DNA of 64,000 nucleotides, taken from positions 1 to 64,000 of IMG/VR virus record IMGVR_UViG_2740892201_000001. One strand, written 5' to 3'. Every line of letters begins with the position of its first letter. The stretch's first letter is position 1. The notes beneath the pieces are model-generated. The model saw nothing but the letters and a program-made list of their open reading frames with translations. It was not told the DNA's origin and ran no database searches. Source of the DNA: a virus. Its lineage: Duplodnaviria > Caudoviricetes. Position numbers and translations under genes: made by a program. Below are positions 18,020 through 26,803 of the stretch, one piece after another.

Positions 18020-18164
18020 GTATATTTACACCGATTCATCCTGCACAGCATTCCAGCCAATTATCACCCACGGAAAAGACCCAGACGTTATGGATGTTCG
18101 CACTGTGCGGGCTATCAACACGCTCAACGACACTTACGACAGAATCTGCGGGAATAAAAAATGA
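17937..18164 (+). CDS. o-spanin-like lipoprotein
   Basis: Lipobox LAAGC in alternate frame overlapping i-spanin. Confidence 0.75.
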   Translation: MYSRIITLLAMTMLAAGCGSANTTPTTEYIYTDSSCTAFQPIITHGKDPDVMDVRTVRAINTLNDTYDRICGNKK

Positions 18165-18412
18165 CAACAGAACAGTTTGCATATTGGCTTCAGGGGTTTG
18201 CTGAAGTGAATGGTGCGCCACCAAATTCCCAGCAGTGGGACGTCATCAAAGAGCACTTGCAGCTTTGCTTTGTGAAAGTCACGGGAAGCCAGACGAAGCT
18301 GCCTGGTATTGAAGAATTCATTAAGCAGCAGAATCAGCAGAAGCAGGGCAATTTCCCATACGTAGTTGGCACTGGCTACCCGTTACCTCACCCAACAACT
18401 ATTACTTGCTGA
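18161..18412 (+). CDS. Hypothetical protein (QF.YWLQGF.E family)
   Basis: 83 aa, common phage motif. Confidence 0.7.
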   Translation: MTTEQFAYWLQGFAEVNGAPPNSQQWDVIKEHLQLCFVKVTGSQTKLPGIEEFIKQQNQQKQGNFPYVVGTGYPLPHPTTITC

Positions 18413-18420
18413 GGCGATGA

Positions 18421-18687
18421 ATGAACACCCTCAAGCGAGCCTGGATATGGCTCATCACCAAAAAGGATAATGCAGTGAGTGAGCCTATTGCTGATACCAC
18501 GGTTGTGACAGATGACCCGACTACCGTTACCGCCGATACTGCCACTGAGTCCGCAACACCGGCAGCAGAAGTGAAAGCGGGAGTGCAGGACTTTGAAGCA
18601 GCACTGGCTTTCGTAGAGAGCGGCGTAGCGCAATTAGGCGCAGCGGCTAAAGATGAGCTCAAAGCACTGGCTAAGAAGTATCTCTGA
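18421..18687 (+). CDS. Hypothetical Ala/Thr-rich protein; start may be GTG 18475
   Basis: ORF with GV.DFEAAL.FVE.G C-terminus. Confidence 0.65.
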   Translation: MNTLKRAWIWLITKKDNAVSEPIADTTVVTDDPTTVTADTATESATPAAEVKAGVQDFEAALAFVESGVAQLGAAAKDELKALAKKYL

Positions 18688-18693
18688 CATCTT

Positions 18694-18957
18694 TCAATAT
18701 TGTGTAATGCGGTACAGTGCCTGCTCAGCTTCGTTTTGGCTCATTCCACCATGCACGTTCGCAGGGAAAACTATCTCGCTCCCTGAAAGAACCCATATAC
18801 CTTTGTGAGTGGGATGACGCGACAACTCCTGACCCTCCACTATCGGGAATGACTTATCAACCACGCTCACGCAATAGCCGTTGATGCTGTGAATTATAAG
18901 CGCCCACTGTGGACGTGAGCTGATAGAGACCCTTCTGACTACAACTGCATTATCCAT
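18694..18957 (-). CDS. Hypothetical protein, counter-oriented moron
   Basis: 87 aa, opposite strand within late operon. Confidence 0.55.
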   Translation of the reverse strand: MDNAVVVRRVSISSRPQWALIIHSINGYCVSVVDKSFPIVEGQELSRHPTHKGIWVLSGSEIVFPANVHGGMSQNEAEQALYRITQY

Positions 18958-19229
18958 TCGAATAGTTTAAGCATGTTATCAATAAGCAAATGATAACTGA
19001 TGTCCCGAATCAGTCACACACCTAAAGAAACACTCCAGCCAGTCCCTCTGGAACAAAGCGCCCTGACTTAAGTAAGAAGCGTCCGCATAGCGGAATCCTC
19101 CCGTGGATTCGGTCAGCAAGCGCAAGGGGCAAGCAGGGTTATAGGCGAAAGCTGAATTCCCCGACATGCGGTGAACGCCCACCGTGCGAGTTGCAGGCGT
19201 GGCACTCTGAGAGAAGAGGTTATTCATAC

Positions 19230-19601
19230 ATGGCTAAAACAAAATGGCCTAAGTTGCCACGTTTACTGGTTCCACTATTCCATTGCGCCAACATATATCT
19301 TTGCCGCAGCAGGGATGAGTGGGTGCAGGCTGAGACGTGCATTGGATTACCCCCTACTGACCTATTGCTCAGCAATGGTAGATGCAGGCACTTCGTTGAT
19401 GATCAGACCGGCGAAAATCTTTATCTGATTGGCGTGTTCGACAACAGCCTTGCAACTCTGGTTCACGAGTGCGCTCACGCAACCTTTTACTGCTGCAGTG
19501 ATGTTGGCGTTAGCGTACAGACAGACCGGCCAAACGAAACCTATTGCTACTTGCTGGATAGAATGTTTAGTCACTTCCAGCCTTACATCAAACAGGAATA
19601 A
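19230..19601 (+). CDS. HExxH-motif protein upstream of terminase
   Basis: LVHECAH; GAGG SD before MAKTKWP. Confidence 0.7.
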   Translation: MAKTKWPKLPRLLVPLFHCANIYLCRSRDEWVQAETCIGLPPTDLLLSNGRCRHFVDDQTGENLYLIGVFDNSLATLVHECAHATFYCCSDVGVSVQTDRPNETYCYLLDRMFSHFQPYIKQE

Positions 19602-19606
19602 GAAAT

Positions 19607-20098
19607 ATGGCCGCACCAAAGGGCAACCGATTCTGGGAGGCTCGCAGTAGTCATGGGCGAAACCCTACATTCGGTTCGCCTGAAGAGCTGTGGCAAGCCT
19701 GCATTGAATACTTCGAATGGGTGGAAGCTAACCCACTCTGGGAGATGAAGCCATTCGCTTATCAGGGTGAAGTGGTTCAGGAACCCGTCGCCAAAATGCG
19801 TGCGATGACTCTGACCGGCCTATGCCTGTTCCTCGATATCGGCGACGAGACATGGCGAAATTACAGAGCGAAGCAAGATTTTATTGGGGTCGTCACGCGA
19901 GCAGAGAAGGTTATTTACGACCAGAAGTTCTCAGGCGCCGCTGCTGACCTGTTAAACCCGAACATCATTGCTCGCGACCTCGGCCTTGCCGATAAGCGCG
20001 AGGTTCATAAGACAATCACTGACCTGACTGATGAAGAGTTAGATCGCAAACTCCTGGAGCTAACCAATGCAAAATCTCAGCCGGGAGCAGAAGATTGA
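19607..20098 (+). CDS. terS: Terminase small subunit, P22 gp3-like
   Basis: [20 protein letters not shown]; AKMRAMT; [12 protein letters not shown]. Confidence 0.95.
   Translation: MAAPKGNRFWEARSSHGRNPTFGSPEELWQACIEYFEWVEANPLWEMKPFAYQGEVVQEPVAKMRAMTLTGLCLFLDIGDETWRNYRAKQDFIGVVTRAEKVIYDQKFSGAAADLLNPNIIARDLGLADKREVHKTITDLTDEELDRKLLELTNAKSQPGAED
19871..19892 (+). other. Putative pac site
   Basis: AAGCAAGATTTTATTGGGGTCG lies at the position of the P22 pac sequence (AAGATTTATCTG) inside terS. Confidence 0.5.
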
Positions 20099-21515
20099 GC
20101 TGGTAAAGCTGCTGGAAGAGAAGAAACGACGCGAGAACGTTTATCGCTACCGTGGCTTCTATCAGTCACGTCACCCCTGGCAGAAGCGATTCATTGCCAG
20201 CACCAAAGAATATTCACAGTCAGCTCTCATCGCTGCTAACCGTGTTGGCAAGACTGAGACAGCGACATACATCGACGCCATCCATGCGATGGGCGATTAC
20301 CCGGATGAATGGACGGGCCACAGGTTTGATCATGCGCCGCTTATCTGGGTGCTTGGCTACTCCGGTGAGAAATGCCGCGACCTGCTTCAGACGCCAATCA
20401 TCGGGCGAAAGACAGATAACGGCTGGGAAGGTGGCCTGATACCCGGTGAGCTGATCACCGGCGTTGAGGCTATGACCGGCACGCCAAACGCCGTCCGCTC
20501 CGTGTACATCAAGCACAAGTCAGGCGGCACAGCAAAGATTCAGTTCTGGTCCTACTCGCAGGGCCAGCACGCATTAATGGGTGACAGCGTCGACTGGTTC
20601 CACATCGACGAAGAGCCCAAAGACCCCGACATCTTCCCGCAGGTTCTGACGCGCACAGCGACCGGTGACCGAGGGAATGGCGGGCGTGGCATTCTGACGT
20701 TCACACCAGAGAACGGACGAACCGACCTCGTTATCGGATTCATGGACACGCCAAGCGCGGCACAGACGTGCATGAATGTTGGCTGGGATGATGCGCCACA
20801 CCTGAGCGAAAAAGTTAAGACGGAGCTTCTGGCGTCGTTCCCTGCGCATCAGCGCGACATGCGAACCAAAGGCATCCCGATGCTGGGCCATGGTCGAATC
20901 TATGACCTCGCTGATGATGCCATCATGTGTCAGCCGTTCCCATGCCCCGATCACTTCTTTGTCATTGACGGTCAGGACTTTGGCTGGGACCACCCGCAGG
21001 CGCACGTTCAGCTTTGGGAAGACCGGGATGAAGACGTTGTCTATGTCGCTCACGTCTGGAAGGCCAGAGAGAAAAAGGCTGATGAAGCGTGGCGGATGGT
21101 TAAACGCTGGGCCGATGGTGTTCCCGTTGCATGGCCTCACGATGGCCTTCAGCACGAGAAGGGCGGCGGTCAGCAGCTTAAAGAGCAATACAAAGCTGAA
21201 GGCTTCAGGATGCTGGCAGAGCACGCGACATGGCCAGACGGCAATTACAAGGTCGAGCCTGGCATCCATGAGATTCGCGAGCGCATGCTTGATGGCAAGT
21301 TCAAGGTATTCAGCACATGCCCGGAATTCTTTGAGGAGTTCCGCATGTATCACCGCGATGAGCACGGCAAGATTGTGGCGATCAACGATGACGTCCTGTC
21401 AGCCGTTCGCTACGCCTACATGATGCGCCGGTCAGGCAAGCAGATGTTCAGCATCAAATCACCCCGCAAGAAGGCTCGCTTAGCCACCACAGAATACAAC
21501 CTATTCGGGAGTTAA
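20067..21515 (+). CDS. terL: Terminase large subunit (P22 gp2-like)
   Basis: AANRVGKT Walker A, HIDEEP Walker [23 protein letters not shown]. Confidence 0.95.
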   Translation: MQNLSREQKIELVKLLEEKKRRENVYRYRGFYQSRHPWQKRFIASTKEYSQSALIAANRVGKTETATYIDAIHAMGDYPDEWTGHRFDHAPLIWVLGYSGEKCRDLLQTPIIGRKTDNGWEGGLIPGELITGVEAMTGTPNAVRSVYIKHKSGGTAKIQFWSYSQGQHALMGDSVDWFHIDEEPKDPDIFPQVLTRTATGDRGNGGRGILTFTPENGRTDLVIGFMDTPSAAQTCMNVGWDDAPHLSEKVKTELLASFPAHQRDMRTKGIPMLGHGRIYDLADDAIMCQPFPCPDHFFVIDGQDFGWDHPQAHVQLWEDRDEDVVYVAHVWKAREKKADEAWRMVKRWADGVPVAWPHDGLQHEKGGGQQLKEQYKAEGFRMLAEHATWPDGNYKVEPGIHEIRERMLDGKFKVFSTCPEFFEEFRMYHRDEHGKIVAINDDVLSAVRYAYMMRRSGKQMFSIKSPRKKARLATTEYNLFGS

Positions 21516-21517
21516 CC

Positions 21518-21790
21518 ATGGGTATCGAAACCGGCGCTCTGGCTGCTTACGCTGCCATTGCCTCTGCTGCCGTGGGCGCAGGAACAGCCGTTTACTCGGC
21601 AACACAGAATAAAGCGCCAGGCGTAAAAGGCGCACTGGCTCCAAACGCAGACGCAGCAACAGCGCAGGCAGATGACCTGCTTCGCAAGCGTTCACGTCAG
21701 GACATCAATGCGAACATCCTCAGCGGTTCCGGTGGTGCAGGAAGCGTGGGCGCATCTTCTACCGGACAGAAATCACTCTTAGGCGGTTAG
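21518..21790 (+). CDS. Small Gly/Ala-rich virion protein preceding portal
   Basis: C-terminal KSLLG motif; position before T7-type portal. Confidence 0.75.
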   Translation: MGIETGALAAYAAIASAAVGAGTAVYSATQNKAPGVKGALAPNADAATAQADDLLRKRSRQDINANILSGSGGAGSVGASSTGQKSLLGG

Positions 21791-21791
21791 C

Positions 21792-23447
21792 ATGGCGCAG
21801 GAAAACGACGAACTGCTTGACCAGATACTCCGCGACCAGTCGACAATGGAAACATCCCGGTCAGCATGGGAGCAGCTCTGGCAGGAAGTAGCAGAGCGTT
21901 GTTTACCCCGCGGAGCCGACTTCAAGGGTGAGATTCGCGACGGTCAGAAAAAATCTGACAAGGCTATCGACTCAACCCCCATAGTTGCGCTTGAGCGATT
22001 TGCTGCAGCGATGGAGTCTGTAATTACGCCTCGTACACAGACGTGGCACGGCCTGCAGAACGAGCGGTTCAGCGATGACACTGAAGTGCAGGAGTACTTC
22101 GAGGAAGTCACAAAGGTTCTGTTCCGGCTGCGTTATGCACCTTGGGCCAACTTCGCCAACCAGATGAGTGAGAACTACATCTCGCAGGGCGCATTTGGCA
22201 ATGGCTGCATGTATGTCGACGAGTTGCCCGGAAAGGGCATGCGCTACCTGACGTATCACCTTCGTGAGATTTACTACGAGGAGAACTATCAGGGTATCGT
22301 CGACCTCGTTCACCGCAAATTCAAACTCAACGCCCGGCAGGCGGTGCAGCAGTTTGGCAAAGACAATCTGCCGGAGAGCATTCAGCGCGCCTCTGAATCA
22401 GCACCGATGAGCAAGTTCGAGTTCATCCATCGCGTCTGCCCGAACACAGAAATCAAGTTCACCGAAGACGGTAAGCCGAAGCAGGACCACACAGGCATGC
22501 CGTGGGCGTCCTATTACATCTGCAAGGAAGGGCGGAAGATTGTCCAGCAGAGCGGCTATCACACAATGCCTTATTGCATTGGTCGCTACTACAAATCACC
22601 GGGTGAGACTTATGGGCGTGGGCCGGGAATGACAGCGCTGCCCGACATCAAAGTGCTCAACGAGATGAACCGTGAGACGCTGATTGGTGCGCAGCTTGCG
22701 AACCGCCCGCCTATTCTTGTAGCTGATGATGGCGTGCTGGACACCTTCAACCTGACGCCTGCGGCAATCATTCCCGGCGGCATGAGCTCCAATGGCTCAC
22801 CACTGGCCGCGCCTTTCACGTCCGGCTCTCAGCCTAATCTCGGGCTGGAGATGATGGACCAGAAGCGCCAGCTGATTAATGACGTCTTCCTCGTCACGCT
22901 GTTCCAGATTCTGGTGGACAACCCACAGATGACGGCGACAGAGGCCATGCTGCGCGCTCAGGAAAAAGGCCAGCTAATGGCCCCGACCGCCGGTCGCATT
23001 ATGTCCGAGCAGCTTGGCCCGATGATTGAGCGTGAGATTGATATATGCGCCCGCAACGGCCTGCTGCCCGATCCGCCTCAGCAGCTTATCGATGCCGGAA
23101 TGGAATATGACATCGACTACAAATCCCCACTCGTGCGCATGCAGCGCGCAGAGCAGGGGCAGGGCATCCTCACCACGCTGGGAGTTGTCAGTCAGGCCGC
23201 ACAGTTCGATCCAAGCGTGCTCGGCCTTGTGAAGTACGGCAAGGCAATCAGGGAACTGGCTGACATCAACGGCATGCCGCTTTCACTGCTACTCACCGAA
23301 GAGGAAGAGCAGGAGGCTAAGGCGGCTCAGGCACAGCAGGAGCAGCTGAACAACCTGCTTAATGCTGCACCGAACATCGCAACCGCAGCTGACAAACTGG
23401 CATCTGCCAACCAGAAAGCCAATACACCACTACCCGCACCGCAATAA
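21792..23447 (+). CDS. Portal / head-to-tail connector (T7 gp8 / BPP-1-like)
   Basis: GE.YGRGP, MTATE...R.QEK motifs. Confidence 0.93.
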   Translation: MAQENDELLDQILRDQSTMETSRSAWEQLWQEVAERCLPRGADFKGEIRDGQKKSDKAIDSTPIVALERFAAAMESVITPRTQTWHGLQNERFSDDTEVQEYFEEVTKVLFRLRYAPWANFANQMSENYISQGAFGNGCMYVDELPGKGMRYLTYHLREIYYEENYQGIVDLVHRKFKLNARQAVQQFGKDNLPESIQRASESAPMSKFEFIHRVCPNTEIKFTEDGKPKQDHTGMPWASYYICKEGRKIVQQSGYHTMPYCIGRYYKSPGETYGRGPGMTALPDIKVLNEMNRETLIGAQLANRPPILVADDGVLDTFNLTPAAIIPGGMSSNGSPLAAPFTSGSQPNLGLEMMDQKRQLINDVFLVTLFQILVDNPQMTATEAMLRAQEKGQLMAPTAGRIMSEQLGPMIEREIDICARNGLLPDPPQQLIDAGMEYDIDYKSPLVRMQRAEQGQGILTTLGVVSQAAQFDPSVLGLVKYGKAIRELADINGMPLSLLLTEEEEQEAKAAQAQQEQLNNLLNAAPNIATAADKLASANQKANTPLPAPQ

Positions 23448-23464
23448 CCACCTGAAGGGATGAC

Positions 23465-23749
23465 ATGAGCAGATTAATTCTGAGGCGTGCGCGTGCCTTC
23501 AGGGCGGTATTCGGCACCACCGGCAAACGCACCAGAGAGCAGGAGATTGTTCTCAAGGTGCTGGGTGACTTCTGCCGGGTGAATAAGTCCAGCGTGACGG
23601 TATCACCCATTCACCGGCAGGTAGACCCGCTGGCAACGTGTGTGGCTGAAGGTCGTCGCGAAGTGATGAGCCGCATCTCCCAATATCTTCAGCTCGACCA
23701 GGAAGAGCTGATCCGAATTATCAACGAGGCAGAGAAAACCGATGTTTAA
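23465..23749 (+). CDS. Bbp19-like protein
   Basis: VL.DFC...EGRREV motif between portal and scaffold. Confidence 0.7.
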   Translation: MSRLILRRARAFRAVFGTTGKRTREQEIVLKVLGDFCRVNKSSVTVSPIHRQVDPLATCVAEGRREVMSRISQYLQLDQEELIRIINEAEKTDV

Positions 23750-24422
23750 CATTCGTGACCTTATTCGCGTTTACATGAACGAAGCCGGTGAAGCCGACCA
23801 GTCTGGCGCAGGTGACATTCTTCAATCGGGCACTGAAGGCCAGCCGCCATCAACCAGTACCAATCTGCTGGGCGGTGACGAACAGCCGCAGGCCGCAGAT
23901 CCGTTCCTCTCAGCACTTCCTGCAGAGGGTGATGCAGAAGGCTGGGGCAACGTCTGGAACAAACTCGGGCGACCTGAGACGGCTGATGGCTATGAGCTGC
24001 CAGTACCAGAAGGTGACAGCGGTGAGTTTGCCGGCGCGGCCAGCGGCAAGATGCATGAGCTTGGGCTCAGCAAGTCGCAGGCTCAGGGTATCGCTGAGTG
24101 GTACAACACCCAGCAGTCGCAAATGGTTGAGCAGTTCAATCAGCAGCGCGAGCAACAGGCCACAGAGAATGTTGCTGCCATCCGTAAGGAGTGGGGCAAT
24201 AACTTCGACACCAATGTTGCAGTCGCCAACAAGGCCATCTCGGCGTACCTGGCACCTGAAGCCATTCAGGCGCTGAAAGAGAGCGGGCTGGGTAGCAATC
24301 CTCACATCGTCAAAGCATTCCACAAAATCGGCCAGTCGCTTTCCGAGGCGAAGGTCATCAATGGCGAGCCGTCTCAGAGCGGACCCAAATCAACAGAAGA
24401 CATCTTCTACGGAAGCAACTAA
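23742..24422 (+). CDS. Capsid scaffolding protein
   Basis: LGRPETADGY, GLSK.QA, EWG..FD.N motifs. Confidence 0.8.
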   Translation: MFNIRDLIRVYMNEAGEADQSGAGDILQSGTEGQPPSTSTNLLGGDEQPQAADPFLSALPAEGDAEGWGNVWNKLGRPETADGYELPVPEGDSGEFAGAASGKMHELGLSKSQAQGIAEWYNTQQSQMVEQFNQQREQQATENVAAIRKEWGNNFDTNVAVANKAISAYLAPEAIQALKESGLGSNPHIVKAFHKIGQSLSEAKVINGEPSQSGPKSTEDIFYGSN

Positions 24423-24436
24423 AGGAACCATAACCG

Positions 24437-25435
24437 ATGGCTATTATTGGTAACACGGCCCTTACCCTGGCCGACTGGGCTAAGCGTCAGGACCCCGACC
24501 TGAAACAGGCTCGCATCATTGAGATGCTGAACCAGAAGAACCCTATCCTGCTGGATATGCCGTTCATCGAATCCAACGCACCTACTCACCACCGCACCAC
24601 CGTCCGCACCTCGCTGCCCGCCGCTCAGTGGCGTCGCATCAACAAGGGTGTGAGCAAAGGCAAATCGACCACAGCGCAGGTCGATGAAGCTGTTGCGATC
24701 ATGGAAACCTACTCCGAGGTAGACAAAGAGCTGGCTGACCTGAACGGCAACACCGGTGCATTCCGCCTGTCTGAAGCACAGGCATTTTTGGAAGGTATGA
24801 ACCAGCAGATGGCTTCGACCCTTTTCTATGGTGACAAGTCTCAAGACCCCGCGTCGTTCGATGGTTTTGCTACGCGCTATAGTGAGCTTGATGCGCAGAA
24901 CGGCAAAAACATCCTCAATGCAGGCGGCACCGGCGACAACCTGACCTCAATCTACATTGTTGGATGGGGTGATCAGACTGTCCACGGGCTCTATCCAAAA
25001 GGCTCGCGAGCTGGGTTGTTCCACAAAGACCTGGGCGAACAAACCCTGAAGGATGAAGACGGCGGACAGTATCAGGGCTATCGCGATCACTTCCAGTGGA
25101 AAACCGGCCTTGCTGTCCGTGACTGGCGCTATGTGGTGCGCATCGCAAATATCGACGTGACCAAAATGCTGGATGAAAAATCAAACGGAAAGTTCGCTAC
25201 AGACCTGGTGCGCCTGATGATTGCAGCGACGCACATCCTGCCAGACCGCAGTGCACGCATGGGTATCTACATGAACCGCACGCTGGGTGGCTTCTTTGAC
25301 ATGCAGGCGGTGGAGAAACCATCTCTCGGCCTGAACATCATCAAAGACACCGAAGGCCGTCCATGGACTGATTTCCGTGGCATGCCGTTCCGCGAAACCG
25401 ATGCCATTATCGATGGCGAAACTGCTGTAGCGTAA
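24437..25435 (+). CDS. Major capsid protein (epsilon15 gp7 / BPP-1-like)
   Basis: TLADWAKR, SEVDK.LA, TSIY.VGWG, GL.VRDWRYVVRIANID. Confidence 0.92.
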   Translation: MAIIGNTALTLADWAKRQDPDLKQARIIEMLNQKNPILLDMPFIESNAPTHHRTTVRTSLPAAQWRRINKGVSKGKSTTAQVDEAVAIMETYSEVDKELADLNGNTGAFRLSEAQAFLEGMNQQMASTLFYGDKSQDPASFDGFATRYSELDAQNGKNILNAGGTGDNLTSIYIVGWGDQTVHGLYPKGSRAGLFHKDLGEQTLKDEDGGQYQGYRDHFQWKTGLAVRDWRYVVRIANIDVTKMLDEKSNGKFATDLVRLMIAATHILPDRSARMGIYMNRTLGGFFDMQAVEKPSLGLNIIKDTEGRPWTDFRGMPFRETDAIIDGETAVA

Positions 25436-25446
25436 GGAGCTAAGCA

Positions 25447-26148
25447 ATGGCAATTCTTGATAATGAGCTGACGTTCTCGAACGCTCAGGCGGTCACTGCG
25501 ACCGCCGTATCAACCAACGTGGTTGACCTCGGTGTCGACCGCGATATCGGTATCGGTGAGCCGGTTTATCTGGCTGTGCAGGTTGGTGCAGCATTTGCTG
25601 GACTGACTTCACTCACCGTTACGCTGCAAACCAGCCCGGATAACAGCGCATGGTCAACCCTGTATCAGTCTGCGGCGATCCCCGTAGCCGACCTGACTGC
25701 AGGTGCACAGCCAGTTCGTGTTGTTGTTCCGTCACGCACTGAGCGCTATCTGCGCGTCAACTATACCGTGGCAGGTACCGGCACCGCTGGCACCGTTACA
25801 GCATCGCTGCTGCTCGGTCCGGATGGCTATCGGGCTTACCCGGCTGGCTCTCCGACGCCAGACTTCTCAGCGGTCACTAACGTTTCTGTTACCGGCGTAA
25901 GCGTCAGCCCGACGACGGCAAGCGTGGCTGTAGGTGCGAACGTGACCCTGACAGCCAGCGTGTCGCCTTCTGACGCGAGCAACCCGGCGATTTCTGCAAC
26001 CTCATCTAACACCGCAGTGGCAACCGTGACTCGTTCCGGCAATACCATCACGGTGAAAGGTGTTGCAGCAGGCACGGCAACTATCACCGTCACCACCGCA
26101 GACGGCGGCCACACTGCGACCAGCACCATCACGGTTACTGCATCGTAA
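25447..26148 (+). CDS. Capsid cement protein (Bbp16-like) fused to Big_2 Ig-like domain
   Basis: MAILD.EL.FS..QAVTATA.STN, RYLR.NYTV; then VTGVSVSP..SSN.AVATV..GTATITVT.DG. Confidence 0.85.
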   Translation: MAILDNELTFSNAQAVTATAVSTNVVDLGVDRDIGIGEPVYLAVQVGAAFAGLTSLTVTLQTSPDNSAWSTLYQSAAIPVADLTAGAQPVRVVVPSRTERYLRVNYTVAGTGTAGTVTASLLLGPDGYRAYPAGSPTPDFSAVTNVSVTGVSVSPTTASVAVGANVTLTASVSPSDASNPAISATSSNTAVATVTRSGNTITVKGVAAGTATITVTTADGGHTATSTITVTAS

Positions 26149-26166
26149 CTCTGGTGTATCAGACTC

Positions 26167-26190
26167 AGCCCTCTTCGGAGGGCTTTTTTA
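26167..26190 (+). terminator. Terminator after head genes
   Basis: AGCCCTC-TTCG-GAGGGCT-TTTTT. Confidence 0.9.
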
Positions 26191-26200
26191 ATGGTGAGAT

Positions 26201-26803
26201 ATGACTACCAAGATAATCGTCATAAACCGCGCTTTAGTGAAGCTGGGCGAAGAGCGCCTGATGAGCGAGACGGACAACAACAAAGCTTCCAGAACGATCG
26301 AGGCGATTTATGACGGTTTGCTTGAAAGCCTGCTGCGTGACTATCGCTGGGCGTTCTCCATCAGGCGGGCAAAGCTTGCGGCCCTCAGTGATTCTCCAGC
26401 TTATGGATACTCGCACCAGTATCAGCTTCCCTCTGATTTCCTCCGGATGGATGAGGTGCTTAATAGCGCGCTGATGAGTCCGCTATGTGGTGCTATTGAC
26501 CAGCTTCGTGATTCACCCTGGCAGATTGAAGGCCGGAAGATACTGACCGACATCGAGGCCCCGCTGCACCTCCGTTACGGCGCTAAAGTCACAGACCCGT
26601 CGCAGTGGGATAGCTCATTCGCTGAAGCTTTCGCCTGTCTGCTTGCTTATGAGATGTGCGAATCCATCACGCAGTCCTCAACCAAAAAGCAGGCGGCCGG
26701 ACAGGACTTCGAAACGGCGATCAAGGCAGCACGCGCTGCCAGCGCTATTGAGCGCCCCCGCATTAAGCAGCAGGAAACATCCTGGTTAACATCGAGGTTA
26801 TAA
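26201..26803 (+). CDS. Tail tubular protein A (T7 gp11-like)
   Basis: N.AL.KLG, W.F, Y.LPSD.LR, IEG..I.T motifs. Confidence 0.8.
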   Translation: MTTKIIVINRALVKLGEERLMSETDNNKASRTIEAIYDGLLESLLRDYRWAFSIRRAKLAALSDSPAYGYSHQYQLPSDFLRMDEVLNSALMSPLCGAIDQLRDSPWQIEGRKILTDIEAPLHLRYGAKVTDPSQWDSSFAEAFACLLAYEMCESITQSSTKKQAAGQDFETAIKAARAASAIERPRIKQQETSWLTSRL

